From: Chlorokybus atmophyticus
Lineage: Eukaryota > Plantae > Mesostigma and Chlorokybus algae
Reading direction: 5' to 3'
Assembly: GCA_009103225.1 (NCBI GenBank)
Contig: RHPI01001168.1
Span: 110,087-122,803 of the forward strand
DNA: 12,717 bases
Shown piece by piece: positions 1-7,998 of the stretch. The notes beneath the pieces are model-generated. The model was given only the letters and a program-made list of their open reading frames with translations. It was not told where the DNA came from and ran no database searches. The position numbers and the translations under genes were made by a program. Position 1 is the first letter of the stretch, and each line of letters starts with the position of its first letter.

Positions 1-737
1 GAACTTGGCCGCATCGGCCTCGTCGTCATGGTCGAAGCCAACTACCTGTCACGGGCAGGTTGGTCAGTGTCACGGTGCAGTGCGGTCATGAAGCATTCAC
101 AGCACCTGACACATGACGTTACGAATAGTGTCCTCCTTGGGATAAACGTGGCTCTCTACCCAGTGGCCGTTTATGATTTCAACGACGGCATCTCGCAAAT
201 GCTGTCCACAGAAGAACAATCCGTTACACACATACACACAGTGTCACAGTGTCACACAGTGCTTACCTCGTTGCCAATCTTCCACTTGCTTGGGGAAGGG
301 TTGCTGACGGCCGAGGTTGCCACGTCACGGCCAAATGCGTTTGGGTTGGGGGTTCCAATCGACCCTCTGCAAGCACAACCACATGAGTCATGCTGCCAGC
401 CATGAAAGATGCAACCCTCACAGTTGCAAAAGAAGAACAACGTGCACAGTGTATCCAGAACGCATGCAGTGAGTCACTGTGCTAGTCATGATAGAAGCAA
501 GCATCCAAGTTAGAAGTTGAGCAAGAAGCAACGTGCACAGTGCATCAAGAACGCATGCAGTCTAGCTTGCCCTTGCGACTGCGGTGTCAGGTGGAGTTGT
601 TGTGATGTGCTGGGCGTTAGCGCGGGGTCTTGCTGCGATTGGTTGGCGACGGTTGCCTGGTTGAACACTGGGGGCAATGTGGACAACTGGCGCCGACCTC
701 CACGACGAGGTGCACTTACGGATGGACCACGAGGCAT
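1..737 (-). CDS. Unknown spliced protein-coding gene, 3' truncated at the window edge. Exons 737-571, 366-267, 201-106, 45-<1
   Basis: ATG at 737 (MPRGPSVSAPRRGGRRQLS...). The introns are 570-367 (GC-AG, phase 2), 266-202 (GTAAG..CAG, phase 0) and 105-46 (GTGCTG..CAG, phase 0). They join without stops into ...PQSQG-GSIGTPNPNAFGRDVATSAVSNPSPSKWKIGNE-HLRDAVVEIINGHWVESHVYPKEDTIRNVMCQ-VVGFDHDDEADAAKF. No family recognised. Confidence 0.7.
438..561. repeat. 33-bp direct repeat pair inside intron 1 of the minus-strand gene
   Basis: caacgtgcacagtgtatccagaacgcatgcagt (438-470) vs caacgtgcacagtgcatcaagaacgcatgcagt (529-561), 31/33 identical. Confidence 0.9.
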
Positions 738-832
738 CTCTCCAACTGATAGTCGGGTGCCGCCTGTTTAGCTGTAAGTGGCGCTGCCGCCTCCAACGCT
801 GCCGCCGCCGGTTGGCCCGCCCGAATGTATGA

Positions 833-842
833 GGCGCGAAAA
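833..842 (-). promoter_or_regulatory. Possible E2F site (TTTTCGCGCC on the minus strand)
   Basis: Matches the E2F consensus TTTSSCGC and lies about 100 nt upstream of the ATG at 737. A short motif that could be chance. Confidence 0.3.
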
Positions 843-919
843 CGAAAATGAGGCGGTTTTGAACGTCTAGAGTCCCGCACTAGAGTCGCACTTGTAGTGC
901 GTCCTTGCTCCTATCGTTG

Positions 920-1081
920 ATGGTACGACTTATGCATTCGTGCCATGCATGCTTCGTACAACCATTGTAACCAATGGTTGTGTCGTAACATTTATGGTAC
1001 GACAGAGGCATCTCTCGTCCAACCCCAGCGATTGCCGTACAATGGCTCTGTCGTACCATCCATGGTACGACAGAGCCATTG
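920..1081. repeat. Hairpin/palindrome array 1 (ATGGTACGAC units in both orientations)
   Basis: ATGGTACGAC at 920-929, 994-1003 and 1062-1071, reverse copy at 1050-1059, one-mismatch reverse copy at 982-991. Perfect 20-bp inverted repeat 1040-1059/1062-1081 with a 2-nt spacer. Smaller hairpins: aaccattg-taac-caatggtt and tgtcgtaacat-tt-atggtacgaca. Confidence 0.9.
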
Positions 1082-1240
1082 CTCGATCAGCCTAAATGGG
1101 AGTTAGCATGCACTTACCCAAACACGCTTCATTGATGGCCGGATGATGGCACGCAGGGGCACCAGGTCGATGACGGGTCGAATGTCAGGCTTGATGTGCC
1201 TGGGTTCGACTAGGAGGCGGAGGACCAGGAGTCGGAGGAG

Positions 1241-1264
1241 GCGGCGGCGGCGGCGGCGGCGGCG
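1241..1264 (+). repeat. (GCG)8 microsatellite, poly-Ala in exon 1 of the pseudogene
   Basis: Eight consecutive GCG triplets in frame with DQESEE-AAAAAAAA-WHILQ. Confidence 0.9.
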
Positions 1265-1898
1265 TGGCACATCTTGCAAGAAGTTGTGGTCGTAAGAGTT
1301 CAAGCAGCGACGCCAGCTACTACCGGTCGCCACGTCATGGATCATGGCAGGCGTTAGCAATGGGGCTGTCCAACATGCATCACCAACATGAGACAAACCA
1401 GCAGGCAAGCCATTAAAGACCATCTTCACACAGAGAGCTGCTTGGTGGCTCCCTTTCTGCAACAGGGAGTGGATCAGGAGCTGCAGTCCTTGGAGCCCCT
1501 TGTCAGAACCATGCGGGACCAATTGCGGCTGTGGGAACAAGCACAAAGGAATGCAGAGGTACGCTCAACAGTCACATGCATTTCCTTGCAAGAGCAATTT
1601 GTTTTTTAGCGCAGTCCATGTGATATATGTAGCGTGGCTGCAGGCCTCCACTATTCACCCATACCCACCCTACAGTCAAGCCGATATTGCGGAAGCAAGA
1701 GCAGATGGACAGAGCTGGGCGGCGGTATGTTGTTGCCAATCTCGCTGTGCATGTTGACTGCAATGTCGGCTCCAATGCATGCCTACCTTTGCATGCTAGG
1801 ATGTGCGTGAGCGTGCGAAGTCGCGCGTGCGTGCCGAACGAAGTAGGCTGGGTTTGAGCACAGGAGCGCGTGGCCATTCGTCCGGCATTCAACCAATA

Positions 1899-1961
1899 GT
1901 GCATCAACCAGCAATGACGCAGTCCATGCAATCATTCGTGCATCAACCAGCAATGCCGCAG
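1899..1961 (+). repeat. 24-bp internal duplication encoding VHQPAM(T/P)Q twice
   Basis: gtgcatcaaccagcaatgacgcag (1899-1922) vs gtgcatcaaccagcaatgccgcag (1938-1961), one mismatch. Confidence 0.9.
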
Positions 1962-2921
1962 GTGACTGTTCGAAGCAACCAACTGATGACGGTGTGACGC
2001 AGTTGACTATTGCAATTGCAGTGTCGCAAGCATGCAGCTAAACCACATGATATTGGTTGACAGCACCAAAGTGCACTAAGTCCTGTTGGAGCTCCTATGC
2101 AAGCCTGGATTCAATCCCATCAACTGGTCCTTCAATCCCACTTGCTGATGGGCGCGGCGGCAATGCGGCATCAGTTTAACATGCATGTTGGCCTGTGGAA
2201 TCCCGACATGTCCATTGGGGCAGTGGCGCATGATGTACCCATGGCTCAAGAGCTCCGTGACGAGTCTGCCATCGAGGGTGGCGGGGAGAGTGTAGCCAAT
2301 ACCACCTTGTCAGCCCCCATGGCTTCCCCTGCTCCATGCAGCCCACGGGCCATTGAGGTAAGTCGCTGTCTTTTATGCTCGTGCCTTGGTAACAATGCGT
2401 CAGGCACTGCATAAGCTTATATTCGTCCTTTGCAATATTGTGAGCCATCTTATCCTGGGTCCTGTACACAGCCCCCCTTGCTGCATGCACAAGTGGTCTC
2501 ACCTGCAGCTCCTGCTCCCCTCCCAGCCAGAGCGCAACCACCTTCCGCGGCACCAGTCCTTCGTGCACTGCCATCTCCTCCACGAGCAGCACCGGTGATT
2601 GCGGGGCAACAATCCTTCTTGCCGCCACCGGCGAGACCACAGCACAATGCAACAACCGATGTGGCTTCTGCACCTACCTTACCCCACCCGCTGCAAGTTG
2701 AAGCCGGCAGTCTGCCCCAAACTCAGGTACTTTATCAGTCACTGTGACTCTTGCCGTCCACAGTTGGACACACCATGTGAGTGCTGTATGCGCATGCAGC
2801 AGGGGTCACCACCTGCCAGCGAGTCATCAGAGGAGCTGGCCGCAACCCGCATACGGCCATCAGTCATGCTAGGTGGCCAGCTCGCCTCATGGGACCACTT
2901 CAATGCGCCAACGGATGGTAA

Positions 2922-3444
2922 NNNNNNNNNNNNNNNNNNNNNNNNNNNNNNNNNNNNNNNNNNNNNNNNNNNNNNNNNNNNNNNNNNNNNNNNNNNNNNN
3001 NNNNNNNNNNNNNNNNNNNNNNNNNNNNNNNNNNNNNNNNNNNNNNNNNNNNNNNNNNNNNNNNNNNNNNNNNNNNNNNNNNNNNNNNNNNNNNNNNNNN
3101 NNNNNNNNNNNNNNNNNNNNNNNNNNNNNNNNNNNNNNNNNNNNNNNNNNNNNNNNNNNNNNNNNNNNNNNNNNNNNNNNNNNNNNNNNNNNNNNNNNNN
3201 NNNNNNNNNNNNNNNNNNNNNNNNNNNNNNNNNNNNNNNNNNNNNNNNNNNNNNNNNNNNNNNNNNNNNNNNNNNNNNNNNNNNNNNNNNNNNNNNNNNN
3301 NNNNNNNNNNNNNNNNNNNNNNNNNNNNNNNNNNNNNNNNNNNNNNNNNNNNNNNNNNNNNNNNNNNNNNNNNNNNNNNNNNNNNNNNNNNNNNNNNNNN
3401 NNNNNNNNNNNNNNNNNNNNNNNNNNNNNNNNNNNNNNNNNNNN
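2922..3444. other. Assembly gap (523 N)
   Basis: Run of N. Confidence 1.
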
Positions 3445-3644
3445 TGGATATGCTTGTGTGAAGTGTATGAGCGTGTGCCACACCTTGCGAACGGACTTAG
3501 CCTCATCTCCCCGTGCATCACATGCCAATTGCAAGTATAGAAGCCCGTGCTTGAGTCTAGGTTGGCTAAGACACGCGCTTGTTACTTGCGCTCAACTCAT
3601 TGGCATAAAGGTGTGCGGGTGTTTGTGGTTGTGGTGGACGTGGA

Positions 3645-6314
3645 ATGCCCGTGGAAACAAGGTCAGGAGCTGGTCTGAAGGAGCTTGAAGTCCCCTTGAA
3701 GGAGAGAGAAGAGTTGCCCGAGAAGGAGGTGCCTACTTCCCCGAGTGAAGGAGACTACGAGGACGAGCCAGCCGGTGACAAGGAAGACCACGAGGAGGTT
3801 GAAGAGGTTGAAGAGGAGGAGCCAGATCTAATGGACACCTTGTTGAAGACGGAGATGGAGGGTGCGCGCACGCGTTTCAGCGGTCGGCCCAACACATTGG
3901 AGCTACAAGACTTCAAGGATAGGTTTGAGTGTCGCATGATCAGCTGGTCGGCACGTGATAGGTCATGGAATGAGCACAAAGCATTTAAGATGATGCCCGA
4001 ATTCTTGGAGGATGAAGCTTTGGGCACGTGGAGGGAGTTCAAGAGGAAGTTGGAGGCACGAGAAGAGGTGTGTAGAGCTGAACATGGAGCTGAGTTTGAG
4101 AAGGAGTGGGCGAAGGTGCAGCCCATGAAGGAGTTCATGATGGTGTTGACGTCGACGTATCCACAATCGACGCCGGCAAAGATGATGGAGCTGATGTATT
4201 TCAAGCGCAAGGATGGTGAGACCCCACGCATGATGTACACGAGGATGGTGAAGTTGTTGGAGGACACGGAGCATGAGGTTGTGTCTAACAAGATGGCCGC
4301 GGTGTTGTACTTGCGTGCATTGGAGGATGGCTTGCGGGAGGCGGTGCAGACCGTGTTGCGAGGAGCGCATCAAGGCGCAAGCTACACGCTTCGTGATGTC
4401 TTCGTTGCAGCCGAGAATGCTCAATGGCAGCAAGAGTATGAGAAGAGCATTGGTTCGATGGCAGAGGGCATGGCGACGCAGCTGTCGGGAGCTACCAAGC
4501 GCACCGATACTGGTCGGCGCGATGGAGGGCAAGCTACAGTCATTAAGTCAGCTCCGGTGAGGAGTGTGATGGCTGCAAACGGTGTTCCTATGGATGCACG
4601 GCATGAGGAGCAGCAAACGGGAGTGTGTTGGAGGTGTGGAGAGGTCGGACACATCGCAAAGTATTGTCCGAAGAGGCAAGGCCTCGTGTGTTCATATTGT
4701 GGGAAGATGGGCCATGATGACAATGCGTGTTGGAGCAAGCATCCGCACTTGCGCGCGGAGGTGCTGAGCGGCAAGACGGTGACCAAGCAAGCACATTCAG
4801 CTCAGGCGGGAAGCTCACAAAGCCATGCGGAGCTGGCGCGTGCAAGCGAGGTGTCCGCGCTCGTTGCCGAAGTGGCCGAGTTGAAGGCGGCGCTAGCGGG
4901 GCTGCGCACGCAGCCGGAACGCAAGCAAAAGGGTGTCCGACAGGAGAAGGATGATGATGATGGAGGTGCGTACGCGTACTTGGCGTATAGCGCGGCGTGG
5001 TGCAGCCCGATGACGGCTACGGCAGCTACGGGGACTGCGCGCGCTGCACCAGCACCTACGGCGGCGGTATCGCCCTACATGCGAGGCAAGGGGGGCCGCG
5101 TCGCAACCTCGGAGGTTTGTAAAGCTGCTGGAGGTCATGAAGAACTGTTTGCACCAGCTAATGCGCGATCACGCGCGGTATCGGCACCGTTGACGGCGAC
5201 GGCGGGAGGCTATGCGCCTGCGCCAGCCATGGAGGTGTCAGCGACGTCGGCGTTGTCAATGCCTTTGGTGAGGAGGGTCATGAGTGTGGAGCAGCATGAT
5301 GGTATGTGTATTGAAGTGAAGAACGATGTGGATGAGGGCAAGATGCAGTCCATGAAGGGTTTGGCATGTTTGTTAGAGACGGCAAGTGCGCAAGTCAGCC
5401 CGGCATGTGCGCGCGTCATGAAGGTGCCAACGGCGGCGCGTGCGGATGCAAGTGCAGTCCATGAGCTGGCGGGAACCCTTCTCCATCAGCCCATGTTGAC
5501 ACTGAAGGATGTCGGATGTACTTTGGAGCGTTTGGAGTGCGTGTTGGGGCCGATGTTGAAGCCCGCGACAGCTGACGCAGCTACGCAAGTCACTTTGGAT
5601 TGCGAGGCAGATGTGACGAGTGAGGAGGAGTTTAGGGCAGTCATCTATGCAGGAAAGAAGCTTCATGAAGTCACGGATAATGAGCAGGAGCTGGAGGTGG
5701 ATGTGCCTATCGTGGAGTTAGCAAACGGCATGCACACGGAGGTGATGGAAGAGCCGGTGCAGCTGGACTCCAAGTCGGACTTGTCGGCGGCGTTGTCGAG
5801 ACCGGCGGAGAGGCTTGATGTTATGGCGACGGTGGCAACGGTGGACAACAAGCATGGTCATGTGCAGCTGAACGGGTACACACCGGAGCGCGTGCTCGTG
5901 GATACATGTGCGGAGCCAGTGATACTTGGAGCGAGAGCGGCGGCGCGCATGGGATTGCAGCCGAAAGATTGGGGGCCATGTCCGTGGCATCTCAAGACTG
6001 CTGGAGGAGGGATGGAGGCCGTGTTTGCGGTGACATTAGAGCCCGTGCAGATCCAATTGACTGCACATGGTGGAGGGCGAACCACTCTTGGTGTTCATTG
6101 CCTTATCACCGAGGGGGGGAGCTATGATGTGCTATTGGGGCAGGAGTTCTTGTATCCAGTGGGAGGAGGAGTGGACAACTGGTTGGAGCAGGGCTTTTTC
6201 AGACCGGGATGGGAGCATGGTGATGGTGAGAAGGCATTCTTTCCGTTACGCGTGAGAGAGGTTGAGGAGGCTCGAAGCGAGGGGGTGGACGGATGCGATG
6301 GTGCGTGTGGATGA
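3645..6314 (+). CDS. gag: Ty3/Gypsy-like Gag-protease polyprotein (capsid-like region, two CCHC zinc knuckles, retropepsin-type aspartic protease), with no RT/RH/INT
   Basis: 889-aa intronless ORF. Capsid-like helices (ELQDFKDRFE…W…KAFKMMPEFLEDEALGTWREF), knuckles CWRCGEVGHIAKYC (4626-4667) and CSYCGKMGHDDNAC (4689-4730), protease motifs RVLVDTCAE (D at 5901) and DVLLGQEFL. Confidence 0.88.
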   Translation: MPVETRSGAGLKELEVPLKEREELPEKEVPTSPSEGDYEDEPAGDKEDHEEVEEVEEEEPDLMDTLLKTEMEGARTRFSGRPNTLELQDFKDRFECRMISWSARDRSWNEHKAFKMMPEFLEDEALGTWREFKRKLEAREEVCRAEHGAEFEKEWAKVQPMKEFMMVLTSTYPQSTPAKMMELMYFKRKDGETPRMMYTRMVKLLEDTEHEVVSNKMAAVLYLRALEDGLREAVQTVLRGAHQGASYTLRDVFVAAENAQWQQEYEKSIGSMAEGMATQLSGATKRTDTGRRDGGQATVIKSAPVRSVMAANGVPMDARHEEQQTGVCWRCGEVGHIAKYCPKRQGLVCSYCGKMGHDDNACWSKHPHLRAEVLSGKTVTKQAHSAQAGSSQSHAELARASEVSALVAEVAELKAALAGLRTQPERKQKGVRQEKDDDDGGAYAYLAYSAAWCSPMTATAATGTARAAPAPTAAVSPYMRGKGGRVATSEVCKAAGGHEELFAPANARSRAVSAPLTATAGGYAPAPAMEVSATSALSMPLVRRVMSVEQHDGMCIEVKNDVDEGKMQSMKGLACLLETASAQVSPACARVMKVPTAARADASAVHELAGTLLHQPMLTLKDVGCTLERLECVLGPMLKPATADAATQVTLDCEADVTSEEEFRAVIYAGKKLHEVTDNEQELEVDVPIVELANGMHTEVMEEPVQLDSKSDLSAALSRPAERLDVMATVATVDNKHGHVQLNGYTPERVLVDTCAEPVILGARAAARMGLQPKDWGPCPWHLKTAGGGMEAVFAVTLEPVQIQLTAHGGGRTTLGVHCLITEGGSYDVLLGQEFLYPVGGGVDNWLEQGFFRPGWEHGDGEKAFFPLRVREVEEARSEGVDGCDGACG

Positions 6315-6362
6315 AGGCGCGTGAAGAGGTCAGCTGGCATTCTCGGGTCGTGAACACCAGCT

Positions 6363-6481
6363 AAAGGGGGTGTAATACGCGCTTGTTGTGAGTGTTGTGT
6401 CATGTGTATGAGTATGTACACTAGTGCGGCAGCTTCGGGAGGATCCCGAGCTAGCAGACATGCATGGAGGAAGCTACAACA
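6363..6481 (+). repeat. Candidate polypurine tract (6363-6370) plus short 3' LTR (6371 to about 6478/6481)
   Basis: AAAGGGGG|TGTAAT…GCTACA(ACA) fits the PPT-TG…CA convention. Unconfirmed because no partner copy is seen. Confidence 0.4.
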
Positions 6482-6591
6482 TGTGAAGGTGGAAAAGGTG
6501 CAGCATGATTAGGCCATGACGAGCTGGTGGACGACATCCTCGCGCAACGATAGGATTTGGCACGACAGGGCTGACTCGTAGTGCAAAGGAG

Positions 6592-7494
6592 TTGATCACC
6601 CTACAGTACGCCCAAGACGCGCTGCATCACCGCATGCGGCATGCCTCGAGGTGGGTGACGAAAGTTTGCAATAAGTGGGAGCAAACGCGGAGAATGCGGT
6701 CTAAACAGACCTCTGGGGATTGGCCGTGGTTGGAACCCATACACGATATGGCCATCCGTAGTACATTGTTGCCCCTCGCCACCCTCGATATGATGGTGTT
6801 GTTGCTGCCGCAGCACCCCGGCAATGTGCAAGAGCTAACTGCGGAGCAGAACTTCGACCTGCTGCAGCAGATGTACCTGTCGATGTCGACTAATGCGGGT
6901 CGAGATGTGTGCCACCGCCTGAGCAAACATACTGGGTGGCAAGTAAAACCATTCGAGCTGTACTTGGCATGCTTTGGCTGGCAGTGGCTGTATGTCATAC
7001 GGCACGTCGAGCTGATTCTGTGGAAGCTCGAAGAAAATGACGATGCGGGGGAGTACACGAGTGACGACAGCCATGTCGAGGGCCTGGATGAACGCATGCT
7101 GGACGAGACCACCAAGACCAGCAGGTGGTGTATGGCGGCAGATGGGCGTCAGGTGATCGAGCAGGCAGTGGAGCGTTATGCTGCGCCATTTAGATGGGAG
7201 TCGCTACGCCTGCGACGCGATAACAGAGTTTGGTGGCAGAGGCAGCTTGCACACCCGCGTGCACCATGTGTGCTGATTTGTCGCATTGAAGAGCCACCCC
7301 CCCCAGCGGATGGGGAGACGCCCTGTTGCAAGAAAGCGATGTGCCATGTCTGCATCATAGCACATCAGAAGACTGTGGCAAATAAATCAAAGAATCTACA
7401 AGCGTGTCCATTCTGCAAGCAACCTCACCCGTTTTGGTCGCCACGCCTGATGCAAGACGCCAACGTGTCGGCGGTGATTTGGCCCCCGCCTTGA
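6592..7494 (+). CDS. RING-finger (C4C4-like variant) protein segment; probably a 3' exon whose true start is near 6513
   Basis: C-terminal CVLIC-x14-CCKKAMCHVC-x18-CPFC (7267-7416) has RING spacing with the usual His replaced. The ORF has no ATG at its 5' end (TTG at 6592), and coding-like sequence continues upstream through a TAG and a frameshift. Confidence 0.65.
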   Translation: MITLQYAQDALHHRMRHASRWVTKVCNKWEQTRRMRSKQTSGDWPWLEPIHDMAIRSTLLPLATLDMMVLLLPQHPGNVQELTAEQNFDLLQQMYLSMSTNAGRDVCHRLSKHTGWQVKPFELYLACFGWQWLYVIRHVELILWKLEENDDAGEYTSDDSHVEGLDERMLDETTKTSRWCMAADGRQVIEQAVERYAAPFRWESLRLRRDNRVWWQRQLAHPRAPCVLICRIEEPPPPADGETPCCKKAMCHVCIIAHQKTVANKSKNLQACPFCKQPHPFWSPRLMQDANVSAVIWPPP

Positions 7495-7782
7495 TGCCAA
7501 TTGTGCATGTATTGTAGTTTTGTGGTGGCCTCCTGTGAACCATGTAGATACATGTATAGTTGCAGCATGGTGCATGGTGCACCAGATTTCTGCTGTTTTA
7601 GAAGCATTGGCTGTACTTGTGTATGATGATTGCCCGGCGCATGAGTCAGTGCATGGCTTGCTTACCTCGCTGGTTTAGAGCGTGGTTGACAGCAACAAAC
7701 TCGGACAGCGCTCTGGGTTCCATGGCATGACAGCACAGTATTACTCTACGATCGTGGTAGTATGCGAGTATCCTTGTACTGT

Positions 7783-7863
7783 AGTACCATTAACAGATGG
7801 AGTACCATTCATGTTGATGCAGTACCATGCATGGTACTGCGCAGTACCATGCATGGTACTGCA
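7783..7863. repeat. Palindrome array 2 (AGTACCAT/ATGGTACT units)
   Basis: AGTACCAT at 7783, 7801, 7821 and 7843; ATGGTACT at 7831 and 7853. The 22-bp perfect palindrome gcagtaccatgcatggtactgc occurs twice in tandem (7819-7840, 7841-7862), giving a 46-bp perfect palindrome at 7818-7863. Confidence 0.92.
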
Positions 7864-7906
7864 ATAGCGTATAAGGTACAGTCGTGCTTCACTTGAAGTT
7901 TGACCC

Positions 7907-7955
7907 ATTTAGGGTTCGTAAGCTGGCAACCCTAAATTGATGCCCATACCCTAAA
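7907..7955. promoter_or_regulatory. Telo-box-like motifs (TTTAGGG/CCCTAAA) upstream of the methyltransferase gene
   Basis: atttagggtt (7907-7916) and aaccctaaat (7928-7937) form a 10-bp inverted repeat; a third accctaaa at 7948-7955 lies 44 nt before the ATG at 7999. Confidence 0.45.
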
Positions 7956-7998
7956 GTCTCGCTCAGTTTGTGGGCAGCCGTGCCGATTCCTATTTTGC

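Larger units (their letters stand above)
1136..2917 (+). pseudogene. Spliced pseudogene of unknown function with an N-terminal C-x2-C-x14-H-x5-C finger and a Pro/Ala/Gln-rich body. Exons about 1136-1559, 1644-1724, 1800-1961, 2064-2357, 2472-2726, 2800/2803-2917
   Basis: Five consecutive GT-AG phase-0 introns join the exons in frame (…AQRNAE-ASTIHPYPP…SWAA-DVRERAK…AMPQ-HQSALSP…RAIE-PPLLHAQ…PQTQ-QGSPPAS…PTD), with a phase-1 donor GGTAA at 2918 just before the gap. Exon 1 has in-frame TAG at 1211 and 1355 and TGA at 1133. The true start is not identified; ATG 1388 could give a shortened product. Confidence 0.65.
3445..6481 (+). mobile_element. Probable non-autonomous LTR retroelement (gag-PR only); left end in or beyond the gap
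   Basis: Gag-PR ORF followed 48 nt later by AAAGGGGG then TGTAATAC, which resembles a PPT and 3' LTR start at 6371. A possible LTR end is TACA (6478) or CAACA (6481). No second LTR copy is visible in the sequenced part. Confidence 0.5.

Noticed and set aside
920-1081. CRISPR array
   Set aside because: Units are 8-22 nt, occur in both orientations and lack regular unique spacers; there are no cas genes and the context is eukaryotic. The same applies to 7783-7863.
1133-1357. In-frame TAG codons as evidence of a TAR=Gln genetic code, as in some ulvophyte algae
   Set aside because: The 889-aa gag ORF, the MTase and the Plavaka exons contain many Gln codons and no in-frame TAA/TAG, and TGA lesions also occur. 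Point mutation explains the pattern better.
1103-1546. 147-aa minus-strand ORF with a poly-Arg tract
   Set aside because: It is the antisense reading of the (GCG)8 tract and exon 1 of the plus-strand pseudogene, whose frame is supported by downstream splice sites.
3445-3644. 5' LTR matching the sequence after 6371
   Set aside because: Only short TG-rich matches (acgcgcttgtt, gtgtatgag) in a different order; no alignable direct repeat and no recognisable tRNA primer-binding site.
2599-3688. Long ORFs in the track spanning this region
   Set aside because: They are artefacts of translating through 523 N.
3755-6421. Multiple minus-strand and alternate-frame ORFs overlapping gag-PR
   Set aside because: Shadow ORFs of a GC-rich coding sequence with no recognisable motifs; none shows RT, RNase H, integrase or tyrosine recombinase signatures.
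7907-7955. True telomere or telomeric array
   Set aside because: Only three isolated units in mixed orientation, internal to the sequence.
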